Virus record (IMG/VR): IMGVR_UViG_3300012036_000005
Location: 36,553-100,552 of that record
Length of the DNA stretch: 64,000 nucleotides
Source of the DNA: a virus
Direction: 5' to 3' (one strand)
A model generated the notes under the pieces. The model ran no database searches and had not been told where the DNA came from. It saw only the letters and a list, made by a program, of their open reading frames with translations. How positions within the stretch are numbered: the first letter of the stretch is position 1; each line of letters opens with the position of its first letter. The position numbers and the translations under genes are program-made. This document shows, piece by piece, positions 9,930 to 20,933 of this stretch.

Positions 9930-11255
9930 ATGCAGCATTTTGGTGTGCATAGTAACGAAATCAATCAATTGCTATATGGATTTAACGGACCTCAAAAAAG
10001 ACAATTAAAAAAATTATTCCTAAAACTTGCAAAGACACGTTTTAAAGAAGGACAAGAACAGTCATTTGAAGATGAAAAAGCTTTTATTGAAAGCTTTAAA
10101 ATCTTAATTGAGAAACTTGCAGCCAAAGCAACAGGAACACTAGAAGCAATCGAAGCTCAGTACCAAGAACAGTTTACAGAAGAACCAGACACTAAGATAA
10201 AAGGTGTATTAGGCAGAACTATGCCAGCAGCACCTGAATATACTCAAATTGAAAAAGCTGTACAAGATACTCTCCGTAGTGTTTTCTTTAATGCAGCTTT
10301 TGGTTCTAATACATTAGATGAACAAAGAGAAGATAGAACATTACTAACTGATTTCTTAGCAGCATGTGAAGATGGAATATTAGAATTAGGACCTCTCATA
10401 GACAAGAAATCAGGTAATATACTCGAAGAATTTCGTAAGACCAAATATGCCAAGTTAGAACCGTTTGTTAATGAATTACTTCAAAAGGTTCCAAGCGGAT
10501 CTGGTGCAGGCAGTTGGGGTCCTGCAGAATTAGGATTATCAATTGTTGGTACCCCTGTTAAGAAAGCAGATAAAGGTGATTTGTGCCTAGGCGACGGACG
10601 TAAGATTGAACTTAAGGCAAGTCGTGATCCAAAATCCGGAGCAAGAATTAATACTCCTGCTATAGGCAGTGGACGATCAGGTGAATCTAATTATACAAAA
10701 GCATGGAATAAATTTACCAAAGACTTTGGATTTTCTTATAAGAAAACCAGTAGATCAAGAGCAGTATTGTACGCCCATGATTTTATTAAAGGAAAGAAAT
10801 TAATACCTGGTCACCGTTCTATAACATTTACAAATTTTGGACCCACTGTGATTAACAAGGTATTAAATCCGGCTATAATTCTACACGATCCAACTAGAAA
10901 CGAAATAAAAGAGTTTTTAACTGATGTGGCATTATCTTCTGTTTTAGAAGAATACAAACCATTAGGTCGTAAGTTATTTAGAGCAGCTAAAGTAGTTAAA
11001 AGAAACAAGACAATAGATGGTGCTGCTTTCGTAGCAGAATATCTTCATATGTTACTTTCATTCTATGCTTTAACAGATGAAATAGAAGAAATAGTTATAA
11101 TTAATCCAATCTCTGGAAATTACGAAGTTGTTGATGCAACTGACACAGATACATTAAAAGACAAATTAGAATCAGGTGAAATAATATTAGGATCAACATA
11201 TATTGACTTTTCGGATTCTCAAAGCAAGGCGTCTCCTCAATTAGGAATATATTGA
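9930..11255 (+). CDS. Hypothetical protein, possible PD-(D/E)xK nuclease fold
   Basis: GPAELGL...KGDL...IELKAS motif. Confidence 0.45.
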   Translation: MQHFGVHSNEINQLLYGFNGPQKRQLKKLFLKLAKTRFKEGQEQSFEDEKAFIESFKILIEKLAAKATGTLEAIEAQYQEQFTEEPDTKIKGVLGRTMPAAPEYTQIEKAVQDTLRSVFFNAAFGSNTLDEQREDRTLLTDFLAACEDGILELGPLIDKKSGNILEEFRKTKYAKLEPFVNELLQKVPSGSGAGSWGPAELGLSIVGTPVKKADKGDLCLGDGRKIELKASRDPKSGARINTPAIGSGRSGESNYTKAWNKFTKDFGFSYKKTSRSRAVLYAHDFIKGKKLIPGHRSITFTNFGPTVINKVLNPAIILHDPTRNEIKEFLTDVALSSVLEEYKPLGRKLFRAAKVVKRNKTIDGAAFVAEYLHMLLSFYALTDEIEEIVIINPISGNYEVVDATDTDTLKDKLESGEIILGSTYIDFSDSQSKASPQLGIY

Positions 11256-11359
11256 GGTTGACAGACTTTGATAATCTTGCTATATTAATAATAGGGTTGC
11301 ACCTTAATATGCACGCAAAGGCCACGGTTAGCCTTTAACATATTTTATAGGAGAAATAA

Positions 11360-11626
11360 ATGGTCAAAGAAAAAGTTTTTATATGTAACTGCCATTCACC
11401 CGAACACCAAATTATTGTTAGTTATTTTAAAGAAGATCCAAAAGATCCATTTATATATGTACAACCAAGATTGAATCATTTTCATCCTCTTTGGAAAAGA
11501 ATTCTTTTCGCATTTGGATATGTTTTTAAAAGTCACGAAGCTAGATACGATGAGGTTATTTTAAATAAAGAGAAGATGATAGAACTTAGAGATTTAATCG
11601 ATAAAAAACTTGACGAGTTAAATTGA
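11360..11626 (+). CDS. Hypothetical protein
   Basis: AGGAG RBS; CxCxxxxH motif. Confidence 0.6.
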   Translation: MVKEKVFICNCHSPEHQIIVSYFKEDPKDPFIYVQPRLNHFHPLWKRILFAFGYVFKSHEARYDEVILNKEKMIELRDLIDKKLDELN

Positions 11627-11681
11627 TAATGCTAAATTAAAAACAAGCAATATTGCTTATAAAATTTTAGGAGTATTTTAT

Positions 11682-11927
11682 ATGGCTCGTTTGACTAAAA
11701 TCGAAGTTAAAAATATTAGAGATGCTGCTCCAGAAGTTCCCCCGGAGACTTGCCCAAATATTGACTTTGTTATTGATCGACTTGATGATTTTAAATTTCC
11801 TACTGAATCAGATCAACAACGTCAAGAAATGATTGTAGCTGTAATGGAATATATTCGAGTTGCAAATGACACTCTTCGTCAATCTTCTTATTATTGGTAT
11901 CAAGAATGGAATAAACTTGTTAAGTAA
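11682..11927 (+). CDS. Hypothetical protein
   Basis: Promoter and AGGAG RBS upstream. Confidence 0.6.
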   Translation: MARLTKIEVKNIRDAAPEVPPETCPNIDFVIDRLDDFKFPTESDQQRQEMIVAVMEYIRVANDTLRQSSYYWYQEWNKLVK

Positions 11928-12448
11928 AGATTGAGATTATATGCCCGAATCCCAAAGATATTGTCATTTTGCACTAGTGCATAGCATTAAGAAAAAAAAA
12001 GAAAATGGCATAAGCTCGCTAAGACATATAATCAATAGTTCAGTGGACAAAAAAGGGTGTGTGTGGAGTAATAGACTCTTGAACTGAGAAGCACATACTT
12101 ACCGTAAGGGATAGACGTACTGTGGGGTAGACCCGAAAAACCCGGTGTCTGCGGTACGCCGTGAGAAATTCGAAGCCGGAACAGAACGTGGCTCGAACCT
12201 GACAGGAGGGTGGAATGCCCTCCATTTTTAAAGAGAGAAGAAATGAAAGAATTAAGTGATTTTGCAGATGAATTAAAAGAAAAAGATCCTTATTTCCTTT
12301 GTGATAAAAACTCTGTGCAGCAATTGAGAGACTACGCTCAATGTTCTATGTTTGCGGCCAAAAAAGAAATAAATCGTAGGATCCTTTTAGATCAAATTCG
12401 AAATGCTGAATCAATTGAAGATATTAAATTAATCTTGGAGATAGCCTT

Positions 12449-12993
12449 ATGCAAATAAAAAATCTTTTCATTCCGGTTTATTATGATAATATCTTTTTTG
12501 AAATTAAGACTAAAGAAGAAGTAGAAAATTGTCGCAAACAATTTAAGAGTTTTCGAATTTGGTTATATCCAACTGTTGTTTATGAAGATTGGTTTATTTC
12601 TCGTGAAATAGGGTATATAGGTTTTTTTCGAAATCCTATGCACGAAACATTAGCTATGATAAATTTAACACCAATTGAGAAAAAGGTTAAAGTAAGTTTC
12701 GTAGAGAAACTTAATGGAATACAAAGAATATGATAACTCTTGGTTATTATGAAACTTTATTTTTTGAATTATATTCAAAGAATGATCTTAAAAAGTTTCA
12801 ATCCAAATATAAAAGTCTTGTTATATACCTATATCCATTTTATTGTGTTGTAAACGAATCTTATAATAGAGGTTGGGTATTTTATTTTAAGAATCCGACA
12901 CATGAAACTTTAGCATTGTTAGAATTAAAACCATTGATTGTTAATATTGAGAGAACCTATAAAGATTATATTATAAGAAAGAAAAGACTTTAA
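12449..12993 (+). CDS. Two tandem paralogous hypothetical proteins (12449-12733, 12730-12993)
   Basis: Shared YY...FFE...IxLYP...FxNPxHETLA motifs. Confidence 0.6.
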
Positions 12994-12994
12994 A

Positions 12995-13540
12995 ATGAAA
13001 ACATTCTTAATAAGTGACACACATTTTGGACACGTGAATGCTTACAAGTTCACTAATTACGATGGTTCTCCTATGCGTCCTTGGGATAGCGTAGAAGAGG
13101 GTGATGCCATTATGATAGAAAGATGGAATTCCGTTGTAAAAGAAAATGATTTGGTATACCATCTTGGCGACGTTGCTATTCCTCGACGAGGATTAAAACT
13201 TGTTGAGCAATTAAACGGTCGTAAGAAATTGATTCGTGGTAATCATGATATTTTTAAAATGAAAGATTATACTGATTATTTTGAAGATATTCTAGGAACT
13301 CGAAAAATGGGAGAATTTATAATTTCTCATTATCCTGTACATAGAGATAGCATTCCTCGTTGGGCAAAGGCTAATTTACACGGTCATACTCATGGTAATA
13401 ACGTTCGCAAAGAAGTTCGAAATCAATATCTTCCGTGGCGTAAAAAAATAGAAGAAGATCCTTTATACCTTAATTTGAGTGTTGAAAAAATCAATTATAC
13501 TCCAGTTGACTTTGAAGAGATCAAAGCTAAATTTGCTTAA
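12995..13540 (+). CDS. Calcineurin-like metallophosphoesterase
   Basis: SDTHFGH, LGDVA, GNHD, HYP, HGHTH motifs. Confidence 0.92.
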   Translation: MKTFLISDTHFGHVNAYKFTNYDGSPMRPWDSVEEGDAIMIERWNSVVKENDLVYHLGDVAIPRRGLKLVEQLNGRKKLIRGNHDIFKMKDYTDYFEDILGTRKMGEFIISHYPVHRDSIPRWAKANLHGHTHGNNVRKEVRNQYLPWRKKIEEDPLYLNLSVEKINYTPVDFEEIKAKFA

Positions 13541-13556
13541 ATATCTTGGAGAAGAA

Positions 13557-14393
13557 ATGATGGAAAATAAAGTATTAGTTGATTGGAGATTTGGTAACGT
13601 TTGTGATTGGAATTGTTCTTATTGTCCTTCAGTATTTAAGAATGGGTCTGCCCATTTCTTTGAAGAAGATGAAATTAAAGATGCATGTTTTAGATTAATA
13701 GAACATTATGAAGAGATGAATAAAAGAGTTGAATTTTCCTTTGTTGGAGGAGAGCCAACTATACATCCCGAGTTTATGTCTATCATGCGAGCGCTTCACA
13801 ATAGAGGAGCAGGTTCTATTGTTCACACAAACGGTGGCTCAAAGAATTTAGATTGGTGGAAGGAAATACGCCAATATGTTCATGCTATAAATCTTTCTAT
13901 TCATCTTGAATATACTTTTGTAAAAGAATTAACTGAACATTATATACCGCTTATAGAATTATTTGAATTGTCAGAACGAAGTTATTTTCAAATACCCTAT
14001 CTTCCGACGCATGATGAAAAAGCAACAGAGTTTCAAGGTATCATAAAAGAGAAAACAGGAAGAGCTGTTCCTAAGAGAGTTCTTTATCAAGATTCTCCTC
14101 GAAATACAAAATTATATGATTACGGTAATATAGAAGAAAAAGTAAAAACAGAAAATATTGTTAACGATAAAAGATTTGTTTACAAAGATTGGACTTGTTA
14201 TGCAGGCATTGATCAATTGGTGATTGATCCTATGGGTAACATATATCGAGGATGGTGTCGAATGGGTGGATTAATAGGTAATGTATTAGACGAAGAATTA
14301 GATTTACCAACAGACCCAATTGTCTGTTTAAGAGAAGCATGTCGTAATGGCTTTGATCAACAAGCAAAGAAAGTAGAAACTGATGGAATATAA
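13557..14393 (+). CDS. Radical SAM protein with C-terminal SPASM/twitch-like domain
   Basis: CDWNCSYC, GGEPT, TNG; C-terminal CYAG...WC...C...C. Confidence 0.9.
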   Translation: MMENKVLVDWRFGNVCDWNCSYCPSVFKNGSAHFFEEDEIKDACFRLIEHYEEMNKRVEFSFVGGEPTIHPEFMSIMRALHNRGAGSIVHTNGGSKNLDWWKEIRQYVHAINLSIHLEYTFVKELTEHYIPLIELFELSERSYFQIPYLPTHDEKATEFQGIIKEKTGRAVPKRVLYQDSPRNTKLYDYGNIEEKVKTENIVNDKRFVYKDWTCYAGIDQLVIDPMGNIYRGWCRMGGLIGNVLDEELDLPTDPIVCLREACRNGFDQQAKKVETDGI

Positions 14394-14553
14394 CGTAGAT
14401 GACATTTTTATTGAAAGAGAAGATGGAGATTTTGACATGATCATACCTCCTGAAATTGCAGAGAAGATGGGACTAGTATTTGGAGACAAACTTAAATTAG
14501 AACTTGGAGACAAAGGAACTATTATTATAACGAAAATAGAAGATGCAGATTGA
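14383..14553 (+). CDS. AbrB/MazE-like small DNA-binding protein
   Basis: Hand-translated: IIPPEIAEKMGLVFGDKLKLEL...IIITKI; absent from ORF track (<60 aa). Confidence 0.65.
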   Translation: MEYNVDDIFIEREDGDFDMIIPPEIAEKMGLVFGDKLKLELGDKGTIIITKIEDAD

Positions 14554-15007
14554 TATAGTTGGTGGAACTTCTAGACAAAAAGAATTAATAAAAGATATGT
14601 TAGAATATTCGGGAAAACACTTGTTGTCTTCTCGTATGTATAATAGAATATCAATATATGTAACGATCAATAAGATTAAAGACAAAAATGGTGATTGTTG
14701 TTTTTCTGATGATAACCGCAGACCTAGAGAATTTTCAATTTCATTAAACAGAGAATTAAGGCAGAGAGACTTATTAGAAACAGTTGCACATGAAATGGTA
14801 CACATAAAACAATGGGCAACAAGTCAATTAATAGATTATATTAGTGACACTAACAAAGTCAAATATGATGGTAAGATCTATTACAAAGACAGAATAGAAT
14901 ATTGGGATTATCCTTGGGAAATCGAAGCATACGGAAGAGAAGTGGGCATTTTCATACGTTGGGCCAAAAAACGAGGAGAATGGGGGAAAAATTGGACTAT
15001 GCGTTAA
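14543..15007 (+). CDS. HEXXH zinc metallopeptidase (SprT-like)
   Basis: AHEMVHIKQ and PWEIEAY. Confidence 0.8.
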   Translation: MQIDIVGGTSRQKELIKDMLEYSGKHLLSSRMYNRISIYVTINKIKDKNGDCCFSDDNRRPREFSISLNRELRQRDLLETVAHEMVHIKQWATSQLIDYISDTNKVKYDGKIYYKDRIEYWDYPWEIEAYGREVGIFIRWAKKRGEWGKNWTMR

Positions 15008-15516
15008 ATTAAACATTGACATTATTTCTTGAATTGTGTATACTTTATAAAGTACATAAACACACACGAGAAAATAATGAAAAAAGGTCAGACAGTTTTG
15101 TTGAATGATGCATTAGCAGCAGCTTATACAGCGTATCGCGTTAATTATGGTTATATTAGAATTGAAGATGCTATTAGCAGGACTGACAGTTCTGGAGAAA
15201 GATACGCAGTAAGTTGGTCTAATGCAGAGTTAACCAAACATGCACTTGGTTACGTTTCTAATGTTCGTTATCATCGTAATATTCCTCAGGTCACAATTAC
15301 TAAAGAAGATAGAGAAAATGCTCTATGTGTTAAAAAATATATGACCGAGCTCACTATTAAAATTCTAACAGGAAAAGCAACTCCTGGAGAATCCATTGTC
15401 CATAGACTTTCAAGTCAAGAATTTATTGACGTTCGAAAAGAAATAATTTACATTGTTGGTATTCCGTTAATGATAGCTAAATATAACGTTTCTAAAAACA
15501 GAAAAAAGCAAAACTG

Positions 15517-16137
15517 ATGATCAAAGTTCAAGGAAAACTTCCAAGAAAGCTAACAATCGCTTGTTCGGGCGGAGCAGATTCGATGGCAATTCTTGATTTC
15601 TTAATAAGAAATCACGAAGTGAAGGTTATTTTTTGTAATCACGGAACCGAAACTTCAGCAAGGTCTCAAGAGATCCTTGTTGATTATTTAATTAGCAAAG
15701 GTCTTTCTATTGAGACTTCATATTACATTAGTAACTTTCGTAATAAGAGACCACACGAAAGTCAAGAAGAATATTGGAGAGAATTTAGATATTCGATCTT
15801 TAAAGCAAAGAAAGACGAAACTGTAATTACTGCTCATCATTTAGATGATTGCGTCGAAACATGGTTGTGGCGTAGTTTAAATGGCAACCCTGGAATCGTT
15901 CCGTATCGAAATGAAAATGTAATTCGACCTTTTCGTCTTAATAGAAAAAGAGATCTTGAACTATGGTGTCATCTTAATAATGTTCCTTATTACGAGGACG
16001 AAAGCAATAAGGATACCAAATATACAAGAAATTATATTAGGCATGAATTAATGCCACATGCGTTGCACGTTAACCCGGGATTACATAAAGTAATAAAGAA
16101 GAAGGTACTCGAAGATGATTATGAAATCAAACAATAG
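15517..16137 (+). CDS. tilS: tRNA(Ile)-lysidine synthetase (short form)
   Basis: SGGADS PP-loop, TAHHLDDCVET, IRPF, DESN, RNYIRH. Confidence 0.92.
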   Translation: MIKVQGKLPRKLTIACSGGADSMAILDFLIRNHEVKVIFCNHGTETSARSQEILVDYLISKGLSIETSYYISNFRNKRPHESQEEYWREFRYSIFKAKKDETVITAHHLDDCVETWLWRSLNGNPGIVPYRNENVIRPFRLNRKRDLELWCHLNNVPYYEDESNKDTKYTRNYIRHELMPHALHVNPGLHKVIKKKVLEDDYEIKQ

Positions 16138-16329
16138 AAATATTTGGAAATTAAAGCCTGCTACAATTGAATTATCAACTGTGAGATTGCCGTTTAGAGA
16201 ATCCGGAGGAATATACGAGACCTGCCTCTTCACAAAAGATGAGTTCGAAGTTCTCGAACGATATAAGACAGTCGATGATGCAATTTTAGGACATCGTCGA
16301 TATGAAAAACAATATGGAGTTACTGACAA

Positions 16330-16788
16330 ATGAAAATAAAAAACGAAAGTGAAATTTTTACACAAGACGGTATTACAAAAATTGAAAAATTAAGAGATTC
16401 AAAATTTGTATGTGAATCTTGTATTCGAACAAAATATCCGGATGGAAATTGGGCAAATCAACCTGTTGCAATCTTCTACGGAAAAGAACCTCATCCAATT
16501 AGCAACAGTAGATACTTTGCATTATTTATTAATGGAGATAATAATATAATGGTTGCCAATGCACAAAGTGCAGTGGATGAACCAATTACCGGAGTTATAG
16601 CAGATAACGAAGAAATTATCTATAGTAGATATAGACATGATTTTAGAAAGTCTTCTGATAATTCTGTTTTTATAGATGGGGGTAGAGATTATGTTAAGAG
16701 TGGAATTTATCCACCTGAAAGATTTGTAACATTAAAGATAATAGATGGTGATTTAGTTATCGTTAATAAGGAAAATAAAGATGCCTAA
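16330..16788 (+). CDS. Conserved phage hypothetical protein
   Basis: IYSRYRHDF...FIDGGRDY motif. Confidence 0.6.
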   Translation: MKIKNESEIFTQDGITKIEKLRDSKFVCESCIRTKYPDGNWANQPVAIFYGKEPHPISNSRYFALFINGDNNIMVANAQSAVDEPITGVIADNEEIIYSRYRHDFRKSSDNSVFIDGGRDYVKSGIYPPERFVTLKIIDGDLVIVNKENKDA

Positions 16789-17228
16789 TATGTATATGTT
16801 AATTGGTGTTCCTGCATCTGGTAAAAGTACTTGGATAAAAGGAAAACAAGGAAGAAAATTCTGTTGTGGTATCAAGTGATAACCATATTGAGACCATGGC
16901 TACTTTTCTTGGAAAGACTTATGACGAAATCTTTCTAGATGTGGTAGGTAAAGCTACGTCAGAGATGATGGAAGACCTAAGACAGGCAATCGAAAGCGAT
17001 AAGAACATTTATTGGGATCAAACTAATACTGGTTCAAAGAGTAGAATAAATGTTCCAACCAAAACAGGCAGTCGTGGATTTCTAGTCCCATCTTTTAGAT
17101 ATGAACATATTTGTTCGTATGATTGTTTAGGAAATGCTTTTTATTCTATACAAAAGGTGTTATTGGAAAACTGGGGAGATCATGATTGGAAAATAGACGA
17201 AGGTGGGAAAATAAATTTCAAAGATTAA
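16781..17228 (+). pseudogene. Frameshifted P-loop (polynucleotide-kinase/AAA_33-like) kinase
   Basis: MYMLIGVPASGKSTWIK in one frame continues as ENSVVVSSDNHIE...WDQTN in the +1 frame; extra A in ATAAAAG near 16840. Confidence 0.7.
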
Positions 17229-17285
17229 CTTGACGCTATCAAGTTTTTTTGCTATACTTTAAAAATTAATAACAAAGGCACAAAG

Positions 17286-17714
17286 ATGAATAATGAAGAC
17301 AATCAACTTATACTATATATTCTGATGCGTAACGATATGGATTCATTAAATCCTGGCAAAGGGATGGCACAATCTTCTCATGCCACAAACTGTTTTTCTA
17401 AAAAAATAGAATCTCTAAGAGGGTTTAACGAATCAAGTCTTTCTGATATACAATTTAAATCTTGGTCCGAAACTACTGATTCCGGTTTTGGAACTGTAAT
17501 TGTATTAGAAGTAAACGAAACTGAATTAAAGTCGGCAATAGATAACGCTAATCAACTTAACGTAATAGCCGATTATGTTCTTGATCCAACTTATCCAGTT
17601 CGTGATGGAAAGGTTACACATCTCATTCCCATAATTACATGCGGTTATGTATTTGGTAACAAAGAAGATAGTGCAGTAAAATCAATCGTCGGAAAATTCC
17701 GACTACACCCGTAG
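17286..17714 (+). CDS. Peptidyl-tRNA hydrolase type 2 (PTH2)-like protein
   Basis: ILMRNDM...GKGMAQSSHA, TVIVLEV, D-P-T motif. Confidence 0.8.
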   Translation: MNNEDNQLILYILMRNDMDSLNPGKGMAQSSHATNCFSKKIESLRGFNESSLSDIQFKSWSETTDSGFGTVIVLEVNETELKSAIDNANQLNVIADYVLDPTYPVRDGKVTHLIPIITCGYVFGNKEDSAVKSIVGKFRLHP

Positions 17715-17734
17715 CTTAACCGAAAGAAGAAAAA

Positions 17735-18835
17735 ATGAGTCATTATATTAAGCAAGGCAATACTTTCAAGGTTGTTGCAGAACAAGCTTTGGATTTGCAC
17801 AAGAAGCTCCCAGCAGGGAATTATACTATTAGTCAAGATATATATGGAAATATGTTTCTTGAAATGATCGAGGGCTTTTCTTTGCCAGACAAGCTTTATG
17901 GAAATACTCTTCGACACACTGGTAGGATTTTAAATACTTTTCAGGATCGTCCATATAATACAGGTGTTCTACTTGCAGGCGAAAAGGGATCAGGTAAGAC
18001 TCTACTTGCACGATCAGTTTCGATAGATGCTGCATCAATTGGTATTCCAACTATTGTTATTAATCGTCCATGGAAGGGCGATGGGTTTAATAGCTTGGTA
18101 CAATCTATTAATCAGCCCTGTATCATCTTGTTTGATGAATTTGAAAAAGTATATGAAGATGATGATCAGCAAGAGATTCTTACATTGATGGATGGAGTTT
18201 ATCAGTCTAACAAACTCTTTATTCTTACGTGTAATGACAAATGGCGTATCAATAAGCACATGCAGAATCGTCCAGGTCGTATCTTTTATTACTTGGAATT
18301 TTCTGGACTTGATATTGATTTTATTCGTGAATACTGTGAAGATAAACTTAATGACAAGACTCAAATTGAGGTTATTTGCAATATGTCTCTAGCATTCAGT
18401 AAGTTCAACTTTGATATGCTAAAGGCACTAATTGAAGACATGAATAGGTATGATGAGAGTCCACAGGAAGTTATGGAGCTTCTAAATGCTCGACCAGAAT
18501 ACAACGATGTGTCTTATTACGAAATCGAAATGATTTACAATGGAAATGTTATTCCACACGATAAGATACATGACACAGAGGAAGGAAACTCAATGAGAGC
18601 TAATCCTTTTGAAGGAGTTTGTGTTTTCTTTGAAGATACAGTAAAAGAAAGAGATGACGACGGGGAAGAGTATTTCCCGGAGCGGAATGTCTACTTTAAG
18701 CCAGACATGCTTCAAAAGATCAATTCAAAGACGGGACAGTTTGTGTTTATAGACGACAGTTCCAAGAGTAGCTTGCGTCTGCGTCGAAAGGCTCCTGTAG
18801 CTACTAATTATTGGTCAGCTTTTGCAGACCTCTAA
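17735..18835 (+). CDS. AAA+ ATPase
   Basis: GEKGSGKT Walker A, ILFDEFEK Walker B, NRPGRI arginine finger. Confidence 0.9.
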   Translation: MSHYIKQGNTFKVVAEQALDLHKKLPAGNYTISQDIYGNMFLEMIEGFSLPDKLYGNTLRHTGRILNTFQDRPYNTGVLLAGEKGSGKTLLARSVSIDAASIGIPTIVINRPWKGDGFNSLVQSINQPCIILFDEFEKVYEDDDQQEILTLMDGVYQSNKLFILTCNDKWRINKHMQNRPGRIFYYLEFSGLDIDFIREYCEDKLNDKTQIEVICNMSLAFSKFNFDMLKALIEDMNRYDESPQEVMELLNARPEYNDVSYYEIEMIYNGNVIPHDKIHDTEEGNSMRANPFEGVCVFFEDTVKERDDDGEEYFPERNVYFKPDMLQKINSKTGQFVFIDDSSKSSLRLRRKAPVATNYWSAFADL

Positions 18836-19072
18836 TATAAAATCTTCGCTCTGTCCAACCTGCAACAGGCGGTTGGACGGAGCATCTGGTAACGGAACTC
18901 CCAAAGAAGGTGACATTTCTATATGTGCCTATTGTGAGAGTTTTGCATTCTACAACAAGGATCTTACGTTGAGACCTGCAACACTAAAAGAAACAGAAGA
19001 TCTTCTTAAAGAAGATGAAGTAAAAGAAATCATGTTAGCTGTACGAAATGTATGGGGAAAGAGTTTGCACTA

Positions 19073-19519
19073 ATGGACATCATTTTTGATATTGATGGAA
19101 CTTTGGCTAATATTGAACATAGACGTATCTATGTTCAATCTAAACCGAGAAATTGGAAAGCCTTTAATAAAGCCATTCCTCATGATACACCGATTCTTCA
19201 AACTACAACATTGCTTGAACTATTATATAATGCAGGACATACTATTCTTTTGGCATCTGGCCGTGGAGAAGAAACTAGACAAGATACACTTGATTGGTTA
19301 AAGAAATATAATCTCGACTCTTATGTAACCAAGCTCTACATGAGATCAGCAAAAGATATGAGATCGGACGACATTGTTAAGAGAGAGATCCTTGCTCAAA
19401 TAAGAGAAGATGGTTTTGAACCTTTCTTTGTGGTAGACGATCGACCTAAAGTTGTTCGTATGTGGAGAGAGGAAGGTATCTTTGTTTTTGATGTAAATCA
19501 AACAGGTGAGGAATTCTAA
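19073..19519 (+). CDS. HAD phosphatase resembling the T4 PNK 3'-phosphatase domain
   Basis: FDIDGTLA, SGR, LYMR...D..VK, VDDR..VV.MWR. Confidence 0.88.
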   Translation: MDIIFDIDGTLANIEHRRIYVQSKPRNWKAFNKAIPHDTPILQTTTLLELLYNAGHTILLASGRGEETRQDTLDWLKKYNLDSYVTKLYMRSAKDMRSDDIVKREILAQIREDGFEPFFVVDDRPKVVRMWREEGIFVFDVNQTGEEF

Positions 19520-19727
19520 TGCCAGCAGTAATGTTTTTTGGAGTGATAGGACTTTTTGTCTTAGCATTCGTTAGTTGTTCTCCGGAAATACCCAATAAAT
19601 CAAAAGAAGAGAAAAAAGCTGAATAAACAAACTCAAGGTAAGACGAGCTTTGCTCGTCTTACCTTTTGACTACTGTTAACTTTGTGTTATAATAACATTA
19701 AGTAAAATAAATTTAAAGGATGATGTT

Positions 19728-20933
19728 ATGCACTATAAATTTCCTAAGATCAAACATATTAATGATATTCTACCTCATATCGAAGGACGTAAGGAATTCA
19801 TAGTAGCAGAACGTGACGACTATACAGTAATCAATTATGTTGTAATGGGCAATGATACTTTCCCTCCAATTAAAGTTGTTGGCGGTTCCGCAAAGATGCG
19901 AGCAGAACGAGAAGCAGTTCATGCTCTCTTGCGAGAATGTCGCGGATTGATTTTTGATAAAAATGGATGTATTCTCTCGCGGCGCCTTCACAAATTTTTT
20001 AATGTTGGGGAACGAGAAGAAACTTTTGCGAAGAACATTGACTTATCTAAATCCCATGTTATCTTAGAAAAACTTGATGGATCTATGATCACTCCAATTT
20101 ACATCAACGGATCTTTCCGTTGGGGAACTAAGATGGGAGTAACCGAAGTTGCAATGTTAGCAGAAGAATTTATTGTGGATCATCCACAATATGTAAAATT
20201 TGCAGGAATGTGTTATACTGCAGAAGTAACGCCGATCTTTGAGTTCTGCTCAAATAAACAACGCATTGTTGTTGATCATCCAACAGATCGATTAGTGCTC
20301 CTTGCTGTGCGTGATAACCTTAGTGGCGAGTATTGGTCTTATGATATGCTGATAGAATATAGTCAAATCTTTAACATTGATGTAGTCAAGGCATATCCAG
20401 GAACACCAGAAAGTATGGATCACCTAATTGAGTCTGTACGAGGTGAAGATGAAGGTGAAGGTTGGGTTATCCGTTTTGATGACGGACATATGGTTAAAAT
20501 TAAAAATGAATGGTACTTGCGTCTTCATAGGGTAAAAGATCGTATTCGATTTGAACGAAATGTAGTCGATGTTATCTTAAACGAAGAGATTGATGATCTC
20601 AAATCGTTTATGATTGATGAAGACTTAGAACGTATTAATCGTTATGAATCTAAATTTTGGTATGAACTTAATCGTCGAATTGAACTATATGAAGGAGTTG
20701 TGCAAGCATCAGTTTCTAAACACCGAGGAGACCGCAAAGCATTTGCTTTAGAAAGCAACGAATGGGAAAACAAGATGCTTCGAAGCATTGTTTTTCAGAT
20801 GTGGGATTATCCCACATCTGTACGAGATGCTGTAATCGAACGACTTAGAAAGAGTTTGTCCTCGAATGTTAAATTTAACTCTGAAAAGGAAAATTTCATC
20901 CCAAGTGTTTCTTGGGAGGAGGTTTCTGAATGA
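19728..20933 (+). CDS. RNA ligase 1 (T4 Rnl1 family)
   Basis: ECRGLIF, KFFNVGE, EKLDGSM motif I, EGWVI, MVKIKNEWY. Confidence 0.92.
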   Translation: MHYKFPKIKHINDILPHIEGRKEFIVAERDDYTVINYVVMGNDTFPPIKVVGGSAKMRAEREAVHALLRECRGLIFDKNGCILSRRLHKFFNVGEREETFAKNIDLSKSHVILEKLDGSMITPIYINGSFRWGTKMGVTEVAMLAEEFIVDHPQYVKFAGMCYTAEVTPIFEFCSNKQRIVVDHPTDRLVLLAVRDNLSGEYWSYDMLIEYSQIFNIDVVKAYPGTPESMDHLIESVRGEDEGEGWVIRFDDGHMVKIKNEWYLRLHRVKDRIRFERNVVDVILNEEIDDLKSFMIDEDLERINRYESKFWYELNRRIELYEGVVQASVSKHRGDRKAFALESNEWENKMLRSIVFQMWDYPTSVRDAVIERLRKSLSSNVKFNSEKENFIPSVSWEEVSE

